From a virus: a stretch of DNA of 64,000 bases. Positions 29,977-39,931 of the stretch are shown here, piece by piece (the stretch's first letter is position 1; each line of letters starts with the position of its first letter). Below the pieces are notes generated by a model, which had not been told where the DNA came from, ran no database searches, and saw only the letters and a list, made by a program, of their open reading frames with translations. The DNA is taken from positions 1 through 64,000 of IMG/VR virus record IMGVR_UViG_3300046171_000182. One strand, 5' to 3'. The position numbers were made by a program, and so were the translations under genes.

Positions 29977-31311
29977 ATGCAATCTTATGACAAATTAGTC
30001 GAAAAGTGGGCACCAGTACTTAATGAAGAATCTGCCGGTACTATTAAAGATGCTCATAGACGTAGCGTAACTGCTGCTATCTTAGAAAACCAAGAGGTCG
30101 CTCTTCGTGAAGAACGTGCTCAAAATTCCTATTTAACAGAAGCTGCACCAGCCGGTGCTAATACAGGTTCCATCGGAACATGGGATCCTGTATTGATCTC
30201 ACTCGTACGACGTGCGATGCCAAACCTAATGGCGTATGATGTTGCTGGCGTTCAGCCAATGTCAGGTCCAACTGGTCTCATCTTTGCGATGAAATCACGT
30301 TTTGAAGGTGGAGCAACAAACAAAGCAGAAGCTCTCTTTAACGAAGCTCCTACACGTCACTCAGGTACAAAAACATCCGCAGCTCCAGGTGCAGATGGTT
30401 CAGGTCTAAACGTAACAAATACTGGTGGCGGTGCTGCTGCTCTTACAATCGATTCCGATCGTGTAACAGATCTGAAAAACATGGGTATGACTACAGACTC
30501 TGCTGAAGCTCTTGGTGACTCAGCCTCAAATGCTTTCGAGCAAATGGGTTTCACCATTGAAAAATCAACAGTGACTGCGAAGTCACGTGCGTTGAAAGCG
30601 GAATATACTCTAGAACTTGCACAAGACTTGAAAGCGATTCATGGTCTTGACGCAGAAACAGAGTTGGCCAACATTCTTTCAACTGAAATCTTGGCTGAAA
30701 TCAACCGTGAAGTCATCCGAACAATCAACTCACAAGCGAAAACTGGTGCGCTACAAGCGTCAACAGCTGTAAACGGTATCTTTGACATGTCATCAGATGC
30801 TGATGGTCGTTGGTCAGTTGAAAAATTCAAAGGTCTAATCGTTCAAATCGAACGTGAAGCCAACGTAATTGCAAAAGAAACACGTAGAGGTAAAGGTAAC
30901 TTTATTATCTGTTCTTCAGACGTTGCTTCAGCTCTTACAGCTTCAGGCATGTTGGATTACTCTCCTGCACTATCAACTAACTTGAGCGTAGATGACACAG
31001 GCAACACATTTGCTGGTGTTCTTAACGGTCGCACACGAGTCTATATTGACCCATATGCAACTGTAGATTACGTAACTGTTGGTTATAAGGGTACAAACCC
31101 ATACGACGCAGGTATCTTCTATTGCCCATACGTACCACTAACTATGGTTCGTGCGGTAGGGGAAGAAAACTTCCAGCCAAAAATCGGTTTTAAAACACGA
31201 TACGGCATGGCATCAAACCCATTCGTAGGTGCAACACCTGCAAACGGTTTGGCTGCAGTCAAAACAAACCAATACTACAGAATTTTCCGTGTAGACAACA
31301 TTATGGCATAA
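29977..31311 (+). CDS. gp23: Major capsid protein gp23
   Basis: GVQPMSGPTGLIFAM, KSRALKAEYTLELAQDLKAIHGLDAE, FQPKIGFKTRYG. Confidence 0.98.
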   Translation: MQSYDKLVEKWAPVLNEESAGTIKDAHRRSVTAAILENQEVALREERAQNSYLTEAAPAGANTGSIGTWDPVLISLVRRAMPNLMAYDVAGVQPMSGPTGLIFAMKSRFEGGATNKAEALFNEAPTRHSGTKTSAAPGADGSGLNVTNTGGGAAALTIDSDRVTDLKNMGMTTDSAEALGDSASNAFEQMGFTIEKSTVTAKSRALKAEYTLELAQDLKAIHGLDAETELANILSTEILAEINREVIRTINSQAKTGALQASTAVNGIFDMSSDADGRWSVEKFKGLIVQIEREANVIAKETRRGKGNFIICSSDVASALTASGMLDYSPALSTNLSVDDTGNTFAGVLNGRTRVYIDPYATVDYVTVGYKGTNPYDAGIFYCPYVPLTMVRAVGEENFQPKIGFKTRYGMASNPFVGATPANGLAAVKTNQYYRIFRVDNIMA

Positions 31312-31332
31312 GCCAAACGGAAATACCTCCTT

Positions 31333-31359
31333 AAGGGTCGCTTCGGCGGCCCTTTTTTT
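31333..31359 (+). terminator. Rho-independent terminator with cUUCGg loop
   Basis: AAGGGTCGC-TTCG-GCGGCCCTT followed by a T run. Confidence 0.9.
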
Positions 31360-31361
31360 AT

Positions 31362-31369
31362 TATAAATA
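31362..31369 (+). promoter_or_regulatory. T4-type late promoter TATAAATA
   Basis: Exact consensus upstream of gp3. Confidence 0.8.
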
Positions 31370-31391
31370 GTTACGTATAAAGGAAGATTAT

Positions 31392-31934
31392 ATGGCTATA
31401 TCGACAACAACTACAACTAGTGGTATTTTAGAATCTAGTATTACTGGCAACGTTAACTACTTACAGCCTACAGGTTTTAAGTTAGGAATAAATCGTAAAT
31501 ACTTTCCAAACATTGAATACTTTGCTCAGTCTGTACAACATCCGGATATGCAAGTAACTTCAATAGAAGTTCCTTATAAAAGAATAGGGTCGATTCCGTT
31601 AACCGGTGATAAATTAGTTTTTGGTGAAATGACCGCAATGATAATTATGGATGAAAATTTATCTGCATATACAGAAATGCATAACTGGCTAACGTCTTTT
31701 GTAGAAGCCCCTGATGTAAAAGCTTCTGAAGCTGCTAACGGTATTAAAGGTCCATCAACTGCAAATATAACTTTATCAATACTAACTAGCCATAATAACG
31801 TTGCGAAGAAGATAATATATAGAGATGCAGTACCAACTTTGTTAGGTGATATTGCATTTGAGGCAGCGGCTGGTGATGTACAATATATGACATTCCCTAT
31901 ATCGTTTAGATTCTCATACTTTGACATTGAATAA
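31392..31934 (+). CDS. gp3: Tail tube terminator/completion protein gp3
   Basis: NYLQPTGF, GDKLVF, DENL..Y.E.HNW; synteny after gp23. Confidence 0.85.
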   Translation: MAISTTTTTSGILESSITGNVNYLQPTGFKLGINRKYFPNIEYFAQSVQHPDMQVTSIEVPYKRIGSIPLTGDKLVFGEMTAMIIMDENLSAYTEMHNWLTSFVEAPDVKASEAANGIKGPSTANITLSILTSHNNVAKKIIYRDAVPTLLGDIAFEAAAGDVQYMTFPISFRFSYFDIE

Positions 31935-31948
31935 AATTAGGATATATT

Positions 31949-32392
31949 ATGGATTTAAAAATGATCCTCGACATGTGGTCGAGCGACTGTGCTATTGCAC
32001 AAACAAGTTTAGACGAATCATCTAGACAAACCCCAATGTTACACGCAAAATATTTAGAGCTTCTTTCTACAATGAAATTGAGGCTAAAGAAAGCTGAGCA
32101 ACAACAGAAAATATTACTTAAAGACAAATGGCTTTATTATAATGGAAAAATGGATCAGGATCAAATAATTGAAAAAGGGTGGAAGCCAGACCCTTTTGAT
32201 GGACTTAAAATTCTTAAAGGTGAAATGGATTACTACTACGATTCCGATCCAGAAATTCAGCAGTCTGTTGAGAAAATAGAGTATTTAAAAACTATAATAG
32301 ATACTTTAAATGAGATTATGAATAACGTAAATTGGAGACATCAGACTATCGGTAATATGATCAAATGGAGGATCTTCGAAAGTGGTGGCTAA
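31949..32392 (+). CDS. uvsY: Recombination mediator UvsY
   Basis: P.LHAKYL, WLYYNGK, RHQTIGN.IKWR.F. Confidence 0.88.
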   Translation: MDLKMILDMWSSDCAIAQTSLDESSRQTPMLHAKYLELLSTMKLRLKKAEQQQKILLKDKWLYYNGKMDQDQIIEKGWKPDPFDGLKILKGEMDYYYDSDPEIQQSVEKIEYLKTIIDTLNEIMNNVNWRHQTIGNMIKWRIFESGG

Positions 32393-32552
32393 ATATAATA
32401 GAGAGTTTAAACTAAACCCTAAAGATATTGAAATAATTGAAAATGCGTTAATAAAATATCAAAGAGATGATGCTAAAGCGACTGAGATATTAGCAAAACT
32501 ATATCACCAAAAAGTATGGTACAGACCAGATGAGAATTTTGTAAGTGGCTAA
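32385..32552 (+). CDS. Small hypothetical protein (55 aa), not in ORF track
   Basis: GTG start after GGAGG; MAKYNREFKLNPKDIEIIENAL...LYHQKVWYRPDENFVSG; fills the uvsY-uvsW gap with overlaps at both ends. Confidence 0.7.
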   Translation: MAKYNREFKLNPKDIEIIENALIKYQRDDAKATEILAKLYHQKVWYRPDENFVSG

Positions 32553-34062
32553 CATTAAAATATGGAAGAAAAATGAAAGTATAGCTTTAGTTGATTGCGA
32601 TCCTGGTATTGCTCAAGGCTTAAGTGAGTATTTTTCTTTCTTTGTTCCTGGTTACAAGTACATGAAATTGTACAAACGTAAAATATGGGACGGCAAAATT
32701 AGATTATTTAATGTTAACTCCCATGAGTTACCAGCCGGATTATATCCTTTTGTAGAAGAGTTTTGTAAAAGAAATAATTATAGCTTACTTACTAAATCTT
32801 CTGATTATGGATCTTTATTAGATAAAGACGAACAAGATCCTAATCAAATTTATGAATATATAAAAGATTTAAATTTAACTAGCCGCGGGCAACCTATTGA
32901 GATTCGTGACTATCAGTTTGATGCCGTCATGAAAGCATTAAACTTAAATCGCTGTGTATTACTGTCTCCGACAGGATCCGGCAAGTCACTTATAATCTAT
33001 TGCTTATCTCAAATCTGGCTTAAATATTTAACAGATGGATTAAGATACCCTCATGCTGGTAAAGTATTAGTAGTAGTACCTACAACATCTCTCGTTGAAC
33101 AAATGCAAAAAGATTTTGTTGATTATGGTTTAGGTGAAAAAGCTATACATAAGATATATTCTGGCAAAGACAAAGATAATATAAATTCTGCTATTGTTAT
33201 ATCTACATGGCAATCAATATATAAGTTGCCAAAGGAATGGTTTGATCAGTTTGGTATGGTAATCGGCGATGAATGTCATGGGTTTAAATCAAAGTCATTA
33301 ACTGACATTATGAACAAATGTACCGAAGCAAAGTATAGAATTGGCACAACCGGTACTCTGGACAATGCACAAGTCCATCACCTCGTCCTACAAGGCTTGT
33401 TTGGAAAAATCCATAGGGTAACAACAACCAAAGCTCTGCAAGACAATAATACTCTTGCCAAACTCGATATAAATATAATTATGTTAAAATACAAAGAAGA
33501 GACACGTAAGTCTCTTGGGAAGATGACATATCAGGATGAAATTGATTGGATCGTTAGAAATAATTCTCGCAACTCTTTCATTCGCAATTTGGCTTTGGAT
33601 GCTGATGGCAATACTCTCGTCTTATTTAATTTTGTTGATAAGCATGGTAAACCTCTCTTTGATATGATTAATGACAAAGTTGAAGAAGGAAGAAAAGTAT
33701 TTTACGTATCAGGTGAAGTAGAAACGTCAGATAGAGAAGCTATAAGAGAGATTACGGAGAAACAAAAAAATGCTATCATTGTTGCAAGCTTGGGTACATT
33801 TAGTACAGGAATCAACATTAAAAATTTGCATAATATTGTTTTCGCCTCGCCGTCAAAATCGCAAATCAAAGTTCTTCAATCAATCGGCAGAGGACTCAGA
33901 AAAGCGGATGATGGCCGCCACACAAGACTATTCGATATCGCAGACGACTTACACACGAAAAGCAGGAAAAACTACGCGCTCCTCCACTCCGAGGAAAGAG
34001 TAAAAATATATAATAAAGAAAAATTTGATTATAAAATCATAGAGGTGCCAATTGGAAATTAG
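32545..34062 (+). CDS. uvsW: SF2 helicase UvsW
   Basis: WDGKIRLF, PTGSGKS, GDECH, TTGT, QSIGRGLR. Confidence 0.95.
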   Translation: MANIKIWKKNESIALVDCDPGIAQGLSEYFSFFVPGYKYMKLYKRKIWDGKIRLFNVNSHELPAGLYPFVEEFCKRNNYSLLTKSSDYGSLLDKDEQDPNQIYEYIKDLNLTSRGQPIEIRDYQFDAVMKALNLNRCVLLSPTGSGKSLIIYCLSQIWLKYLTDGLRYPHAGKVLVVVPTTSLVEQMQKDFVDYGLGEKAIHKIYSGKDKDNINSAIVISTWQSIYKLPKEWFDQFGMVIGDECHGFKSKSLTDIMNKCTEAKYRIGTTGTLDNAQVHHLVLQGLFGKIHRVTTTKALQDNNTLAKLDINIIMLKYKEETRKSLGKMTYQDEIDWIVRNNSRNSFIRNLALDADGNTLVLFNFVDKHGKPLFDMINDKVEEGRKVFYVSGEVETSDREAIREITEKQKNAIIVASLGTFSTGINIKNLHNIVFASPSKSQIKVLQSIGRGLRKADDGRHTRLFDIADDLHTKSRKNYALLHSEERVKIYNKEKFDYKIIEVPIGN

Positions 34063-34495
34063 ACAATTTAAATTAGCTAACAATGATGAAATCATGTGTG
34101 AAGTGGTTGAGTACCATGAAGAAGATGATGCAATCGTTATACGCAGAACCATGAAAATGGTACAGATGGACAATATGACAAACGGTACTCGTTATTACGC
34201 ATTCCGTCCGTTTATGATGTATCAGATGACAAAAGAAGCTTTTCAAATTATAAATTGCGGGCATATTATTTCAGAAGCAAATCCTAATCAAGATCTTATT
34301 TTAGAATATTTCAAAGCAATAGAAGTCGCGATGGAAGATGAAGTTGGCTCCGAAGAAAATATGGATGATATGAGAAGTAAGTATAATGAATTTGTAAAAA
34401 AACAACATGAAATGTTAATGTCTGATTTCGACGCAGATTCTGAATCAGGAAGTAACGTAATTAAGTTTACCGTTGATAAAAATAAGATGCATTAA
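34052..34495 (+). CDS. Conserved hypothetical protein (Sm-like fold candidate)
   Basis: QFKLANNDEIMCEV; usual position between uvsW and gp55. Confidence 0.6.
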   Translation: MEIRQFKLANNDEIMCEVVEYHEEDDAIVIRRTMKMVQMDNMTNGTRYYAFRPFMMYQMTKEAFQIINCGHIISEANPNQDLILEYFKAIEVAMEDEVGSEENMDDMRSKYNEFVKKQHEMLMSDFDADSESGSNVIKFTVDKNKMH

Positions 34496-34532
34496 TAAGA
34501 GGTATACTGTCCACCCTCAAGCTTACTCTTTT

Positions 34533-34561
34533 ATTATACACCAGTTTTCTAGTATTGTACA
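34533..34561 (-). promoter_or_regulatory. Leftward promoter TGTACA-N17-TATAAT with no downstream minus-strand gene
   Basis: Perfect match to the window-wide motif on the minus strand. Confidence 0.65.
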
Positions 34562-34594
34562 CAGTTAATTTAGCAAAAATAAATATTTTTTTAG

Positions 34595-34623
34595 TGTACA
34601 TCCGTGGCAAAACGTGATAGAAT
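34595..34623 (+). promoter_or_regulatory. Early-type promoter TGTACA-N17-TAGAAT for gp55
   Basis: Motif with extended -10 TG. Confidence 0.75.
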
Positions 34624-34645
34624 TATATTATATTAAGGATATATT

Positions 34646-35224
34646 ATGAAACCTAAAGATCGCCCTCATTACGTAAATAATGCACAATTTTCAGCAGCAG
34701 TAGTAGAATATGTGACGACAGTCCGTGAAGCAAAGGAAAAGGAAAGTAAGCTTCCTATTGTTCCTGACTATATTGCTACGTGCTTTCTTAAAATTGCAGA
34801 AGGACTTTCCCATAAATCTAATTTTATACGATATACGTATCGAGAAGAGATGGTTATGGACGCAGTCGAAAACTGTCTTAAAGCAATTGAAAACTATAAC
34901 CTAGAAGCAGCTACACGATCTGGTAAACCTAATGCATTTGCATACTTTACCCAGATTTCATGGTATGCATTCTTACGGCGTATTGCTAAAGAAAAGAAAC
35001 AACAAGATATTAAATTTAAATATATGTCGCAGTCAGGAGTAGAAGCTTTTTTACTAGACGAAACAGATAATAGCGTAGCAGCTCATTTTGTTGATACTCT
35101 GAAAGATAGAATAGAAAAAATAAAAGATTTCGATACTGAAGTAAAAGTATTTGCTAAAAAAGAAAAGAAACGAAAAAGGCCAATACAAAAAGTAGATTCG
35201 GATCTGACAGGCTTTTTTAAATGA
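34646..35224 (+). CDS. gp55: Late sigma factor gp55
   Basis: HYVNN, NFIRYTYREEMVMDAVENC, NAFAYFTQI..AFLRRI.KEKKQ. Confidence 0.95.
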   Translation: MKPKDRPHYVNNAQFSAAVVEYVTTVREAKEKESKLPIVPDYIATCFLKIAEGLSHKSNFIRYTYREEMVMDAVENCLKAIENYNLEAATRSGKPNAFAYFTQISWYAFLRRIAKEKKQQDIKFKYMSQSGVEAFLLDETDNSVAAHFVDTLKDRIEKIKDFDTEVKVFAKKEKKRKRPIQKVDSDLTGFFK

Positions 35225-36282
35225 AGGTAGCAATTATTAATGACACTCATTGTGGGATTCGCAATAGCTCTGACGTCTTTCTCGATAATGCAGAGAAATT
35301 TTATAATGATGTATTTTTTCCTACTCTTTTGGAACGGGGTATTAGCCATATTATCCATCTTGGCGATTACTTTGATCACCGGAAGTTTATCAATTTCCGT
35401 GCCCTTAACCGTAACCGGCATGTATTTCTTGAACGGCTTAGGAAAGAACGAATAACAATGGATATTATTTGTGGTAATCATGATACTTACTACAAAAATA
35501 CTAATGAGTTAAACTCACTCAAAGAATTACTAGGACATTATATGAATGAGGTTCATATTATACATGAGCCTACAGTTATGGAATACGGTTCTTTAAAGAT
35601 GGGTATGGTTCCATGGATATGTGACGAGAACCATGATAAGACTATGGAGTTTTTAAAGACTGCTAAGTGTGATTGGATCGGTGGTCATTTTGAGTTTGCA
35701 GGATTCAGCGTATTACGTGGCGTACTTGCTCCGCATGGATTAGATCACACACAATTATCACGATTTGAAAAAGTATTATCTGGTCATTATCATACAAAGT
35801 CTCAAAAAGATAATGTAACATATCTTGGCACGCAAATGGAATTCTCTTGGAATGATGCACACGATCCTAAGCATTTTCATATTCTCGATACAGAAACACG
35901 TGAGCTAGAAGCCATACAAAATAATAACACTTTATTTCAAAAAATAGTGTACAACGACGATGAAATAGATTATAATAAATATAACGTAACTGATTTAGAC
36001 GGTAAGTTTGTCAAGGTAGTTGTTGTCAATAAAAAAGATCTATTTACATTTGATAGATTTATTGACAGAATACAGAACAGAAAGATTCACGATCTTAAGA
36101 TTGCTGAAAACTTCGATGAGTTTTTAGGATCTAGCGTAGAGGATGAATCCGTTTCTATTGAAGAAACAACTGAACTATTAGATACGTATATTGAAGCAGT
36201 AGAAACTGATCTTGATAAAGGCAGGTTAAAACTTTCTATGCGTAATCTTATGACTGAAGCACAGGCTATCGAAACAGTATGA
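35221..36282 (+). CDS. gp47: Recombination nuclease gp47 (Mre11/SbcD-like)
   Basis: DTHCG, HLGDYFD, GNHD, GHFE, SGHYH. Confidence 0.95.
   Translation: MKVAIINDTHCGIRNSSDVFLDNAEKFYNDVFFPTLLERGISHIIHLGDYFDHRKFINFRALNRNRHVFLERLRKERITMDIICGNHDTYYKNTNELNSLKELLGHYMNEVHIIHEPTVMEYGSLKMGMVPWICDENHDKTMEFLKTAKCDWIGGHFEFAGFSVLRGVLAPHGLDHTQLSRFEKVLSGHYHTKSQKDNVTYLGTQMEFSWNDAHDPKHFHILDTETRELEAIQNNNTLFQKIVYNDDEIDYNKYNVTDLDGKFVKVVVVNKKDLFTFDRFIDRIQNRKIHDLKIAENFDEFLGSSVEDESVSIEETTELLDTYIEAVETDLDKGRLKLSMRNLMTEAQAIETV
35948..35976 (+). promoter_or_regulatory. Gene-internal promoter TGTACA-N17-TATAAT upstream of gp46
   Basis: Exact motif and spacing. Confidence 0.6.
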
Positions 36283-38009
36283 TCGTATTTACATCGTTAA
36301 AGTTTAAGAATTTCCTATCTACTGGAAATGCTTGGACTGATATTAAACTAGATAAATCTAAGTCTACCTTGATTGTAGGCCAAAATGGTGCTGGTAAATC
36401 TACCATGCTAGATGCTATTGCATTTGGTTTGTTTGGTAAACCACACCGTAATATCAATAAACCTCAGCTAATTAATACTATCAACAATAAGAACTGTATC
36501 GTTGAAGTAACTTTTGTAATAGGTAAAGCAAAATATAAAATTATACGTGGCATAAAGCCAAACGTATTTGAGATTTGGAAGAATGGTGATATGATTAATC
36601 AATCATCTCATTCCAAAGAGTACCAGAAGATTCTCGAGCAAAACATCTTGAAGCTAAATCATAAAAGTTTTCATCAGATTGTCGTCTTGGGGTCCTCCTC
36701 CTTTGTTCCTTTCATGCAACTCCCTGCACAACATCGACGAGATGTGATCGAGGATCTTCTGGACATTAACGTATTCTCAAAAATGAATAGTCTTCTAAAA
36801 GAAAAGACTACTACTCTAAAAGACAAAATGAAAGATTTGTCCTTTAAGTTTGATGTTGAAACAAATAAAATTACTACGCAGAAAAAATATATCTCCGATA
36901 TTAAAGCATTAAATAATTCTGAAAAAGAAAAGAAAGATTCTCGCATTAAAGAATTAAATGCTGAGATTAAGGATCTACAAGATGAAAATGCAATTGCGTC
37001 ACAGGAAGTTGAAGAAAAGCAAAAACCACTTGAAGAAGAACTCAACAAGGTTCATGACAAAAGGCAATCTATTGTCCAATACCAAGCGCAGTTCAGACAG
37101 CAAATGTCCCAGGTTGTTAAAGACTCAAAATTCTATGAAGATAACGAGACGTGTCCAACATGCAGCCAAGATATTAGTAATGAACTCAGATCATCGAAGC
37201 TGGCTGATTCCAAAGCTAAAGCGAAAGAGCTTAAAGAAGCTATGGACCATGCCTTTGAAAAGTCGACTGATATTCAAACAAATATCGACCGGATCACGGA
37301 TGAACTCACTAGAGTGCGATCGAAGCAGTCAGACATTCATTCTAACAATCAAGCAATCACCAGGATCCAAAACGAAATACAAAATTTGGAGACAGAATTA
37401 AATCAAACAGGCGATCTTGAATCTGCAAAAGAAGAACTTGAGGCAATGCAAAATATTGCTAATGAGTTTAACATGTCTAAGTTTCAGTTAAATGATGAAT
37501 ACGCATATAATAATGTTATGTCAGAGATGCTGAAAGATACAGGCATTAAGACAAAGATCATTAAACAATACATACCTGTTATTAATAAATTAGTAAATCA
37601 ATATTTGCAGATATTAGATTTTTATGTGCATTTTGATTTAGATGAAAGCTTTACCGAAACGATTCGATCACGTCATAGAGATCAGTTTTCATACGATTCC
37701 TTTTCTGAAGGTGAAAAGCAACGTATTGACTTAGCTTTATTATTTACATGGCGGATGATTGCTAAAATGAAAAACTCAATATCAACAAATCTTCTCTTAC
37801 TTGATGAAACATTTGATTCAAGCTTAGATCACGATGGTGTTGAGAACCTAATGAAGATTCTACATTCTCTTGATGAGAATTCGAATACGTTTATTATATC
37901 GCACAAGGGTGATATTCTTGACGGTAAGTTTAAAGATAAGATAGAATTTGTAAAAGAAAAGAATTTTAGCAAAATAAAAGATTTACAAGTCCTAGAAGAT
38001 GTGGTATAA
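36279..38009 (+). CDS. gp46: Recombination ATPase gp46 (Rad50/SbcC-like)
   Basis: GQNGAGKS, CPTCSQ zinc hook, FSEGEKQRIDL, LLDE. Confidence 0.96.
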   Translation: MIVFTSLKFKNFLSTGNAWTDIKLDKSKSTLIVGQNGAGKSTMLDAIAFGLFGKPHRNINKPQLINTINNKNCIVEVTFVIGKAKYKIIRGIKPNVFEIWKNGDMINQSSHSKEYQKILEQNILKLNHKSFHQIVVLGSSSFVPFMQLPAQHRRDVIEDLLDINVFSKMNSLLKEKTTTLKDKMKDLSFKFDVETNKITTQKKYISDIKALNNSEKEKKDSRIKELNAEIKDLQDENAIASQEVEEKQKPLEEELNKVHDKRQSIVQYQAQFRQQMSQVVKDSKFYEDNETCPTCSQDISNELRSSKLADSKAKAKELKEAMDHAFEKSTDIQTNIDRITDELTRVRSKQSDIHSNNQAITRIQNEIQNLETELNQTGDLESAKEELEAMQNIANEFNMSKFQLNDEYAYNNVMSEMLKDTGIKTKIIKQYIPVINKLVNQYLQILDFYVHFDLDESFTETIRSRHRDQFSYDSFSEGEKQRIDLALLFTWRMIAKMKNSISTNLLLLDETFDSSLDHDGVENLMKILHSLDENSNTFIISHKGDILDGKFKDKIEFVKEKNFSKIKDLQVLEDVV

Positions 38010-38010
38010 T
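37982..38010 (+). promoter_or_regulatory. Promoter TTTACA-N17-TATAAT for gp45
   Basis: Exact motif with TG extension. Confidence 0.75.
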
Positions 38011-38034
38011 AGATAGATAATCAAGGAGTATATA

Positions 38035-38709
38035 ATGGAACTGAAAGACGAAACACTTTCTGTATTGAAGAATTACGCATCAATAAATCCTAACATCGTA
38101 ATTCAACAAGGTAATACAATCAAAACAATGACTGAAGCACGTAATGTGTTATCTTCGGCCACACTTGGCGAAGACTTTCCACAAGAGTTTGGCATCTATG
38201 ATCTTAATGAGTTTCTTGGTGTTATTAATCTTGTCGGAGAACCAAGACTTAAATTTGAAAATGACTACGTAGTTGTTACAGATAGTAGCAATCGTTCTCG
38301 TGTCAAATACTTTTACTCTGATCCAGAGATGTTGACAACTCCCACTAAAGATGTGAAAATGCCACCGGCTGATGTGTCATTCATTTTAGATAACGATACA
38401 TTAGGTCGTATTAAAAGAGCAGCGTCAACACTTGGACATTCAGAACTTTCTATTACAGGAAATGACGGCGTACTAAGCCTATCAGTTGTTGATAGTCAAA
38501 ACGCTACATCGAATGCGTTCTCTATTGATGTGAGTGGAGATTTTGCTGGAGATAACTTTAACTTCGTGTTTAATATTGCAAATCTGAAAATGATCCCGGG
38601 CGATTACGAAGTTGGTATTTCATCTAAACTAATTTCACATTTTGTTAACAAAGAAATGGGCATTGAATATTGGATTGCCCTTGAAAAGACATCAACCTTC
38701 GGAGTATAA
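38035..38709 (+). CDS. gp45: Sliding clamp gp45
   Basis: LKNYASIN, FGIYDLNEFL, NLKMIPGDY, YWIALE. Confidence 0.95.
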   Translation: MELKDETLSVLKNYASINPNIVIQQGNTIKTMTEARNVLSSATLGEDFPQEFGIYDLNEFLGVINLVGEPRLKFENDYVVVTDSSNRSRVKYFYSDPEMLTTPTKDVKMPPADVSFILDNDTLGRIKRAASTLGHSELSITGNDGVLSLSVVDSQNATSNAFSIDVSGDFAGDNFNFVFNIANLKMIPGDYEVGISSKLISHFVNKEMGIEYWIALEKTSTFGV

Positions 38710-38710
38710 T

Positions 38711-38944
38711 ATGTCAGATAAAAAAGAAGAAACAACAGAAGCAGCTATCGATCCTCATGCTCCTATGTATGAAACATCAAATCGTGCTGCGCGCAGTATG
38801 ATTGCTGTTGTTGATACCATGTGTCAACGTGGCGGATTTAAAGGTGAAGAGCTTTCTACTATTGGTACGCTCCGCGATCAATGTGTACAATTAATTCAAA
38901 TGGCAGAGAACTATCAGCAGGAGCAAGCTCAAGCTGAAAAATAA
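38711..38944 (+). CDS. Small conserved hypothetical protein
   Basis: GGAG RBS; IAVVD...RGGFKGEELSTIG. Confidence 0.6.
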   Translation: MSDKKEETTEAAIDPHAPMYETSNRAARSMIAVVDTMCQRGGFKGEELSTIGTLRDQCVQLIQMAENYQQEQAQAEK

Positions 38945-38973
38945 TGTACTTTCCTATTGAACTGTGTTATAAT
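38945..38973 (+). promoter_or_regulatory. Promoter TGTACT-N17-TATAAT for gp44
   Basis: Motif variant with correct spacing. Confidence 0.7.
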
Positions 38974-38992
38974 ATATTATGAAGGAAAGACT

Positions 38993-39931
38993 ATGTCAAA
39001 TGAATTTTTATGGGTCGAGAAATATCGACCAAAAGTAATTTCTGAAACAGTACTGCCTCCCCGATTAAAAGATGTGTTTCAGAAAATGGTGGATACTGGT
39101 GAATTGCCTAATATGCTTTTCACTGGTACTGCCGGTTTAGGCAAAACAACAGTTGCTAAAGCATTATGCGATGAACTAGGATTAGATTACATTGTAATTA
39201 ATGGTTCAGAAGAAGGCAACATTGATACGCTTCGTGGTAAAATAAAACAATTTGCGTCCTCTGTATCTTTACAGGGTGGCGTTAAAGTCGTTATATTAGA
39301 CGAAGCAGACTACTTAAATCCTCAATCTACTCAACCTGCTCTTCGCGGTTTTATTGAAGAGTTTAGTAATAATTGTAGATTCATTCTCACCTGCAATTTT
39401 AAGAATCGTATTATTGAGCCACTTCATTCTCGGTGTGGCGTTTATGAATTTAATACGACTAAAAAAGAAATGGCAGAGCTCGCCGCTGAGTTCTTTAAAC
39501 GGTTTATAAATATACTAAATCATGAAGGCGTAACGTTCGAGAAAAATGCCGCGGCAGATCTCGTTATGAAATACGCTCCAGATTGGAGGAGAGTATTAAA
39601 TGAAGGGCAAAGGGGTGGATTTAGTGATAGCGGCATTAATGGTAACAATAATAGTAATGGCATTGCTTCCATTAATGATCTCGCCAAGCACTTAAAAGAA
39701 AAAGACTTTAAGAAGATGAGGCATTGGGTCGCTAATAATATGGATGTCGACGCATCATCTATCTTTCGTGGATTATATGATAATATGGCAGAAGTAGTTG
39801 CCAGCAGATCGATACCACAACTCGTTCTTATATTAGCGGACTACCAATATAAACATGCCTTTGTGGCAGACCATGAGTTAAACGTTGTAGCTTGTATGAC
39901 GGAGATAATGGCAAACGTAGAATTTAAGTAA
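38993..39931 (+). CDS. gp44: Clamp loader large subunit gp44
   Basis: LWVEKYRP, GTAGLGKTT, LDEADYL, PLHSRC. Confidence 0.96.
   Translation: MSNEFLWVEKYRPKVISETVLPPRLKDVFQKMVDTGELPNMLFTGTAGLGKTTVAKALCDELGLDYIVINGSEEGNIDTLRGKIKQFASSVSLQGGVKVVILDEADYLNPQSTQPALRGFIEEFSNNCRFILTCNFKNRIIEPLHSRCGVYEFNTTKKEMAELAAEFFKRFINILNHEGVTFEKNAAADLVMKYAPDWRRVLNEGQRGGFSDSGINGNNNSNGIASINDLAKHLKEKDFKKMRHWVANNMDVDASSIFRGLYDNMAEVVASRSIPQLVLILADYQYKHAFVADHELNVVACMTEIMANVEFK

Noticed and set aside
28227-30830. Minus-strand ORFs opposite gp21-gp23
   Set aside because: Antisense shadows of strongly biased, highly expressed genes
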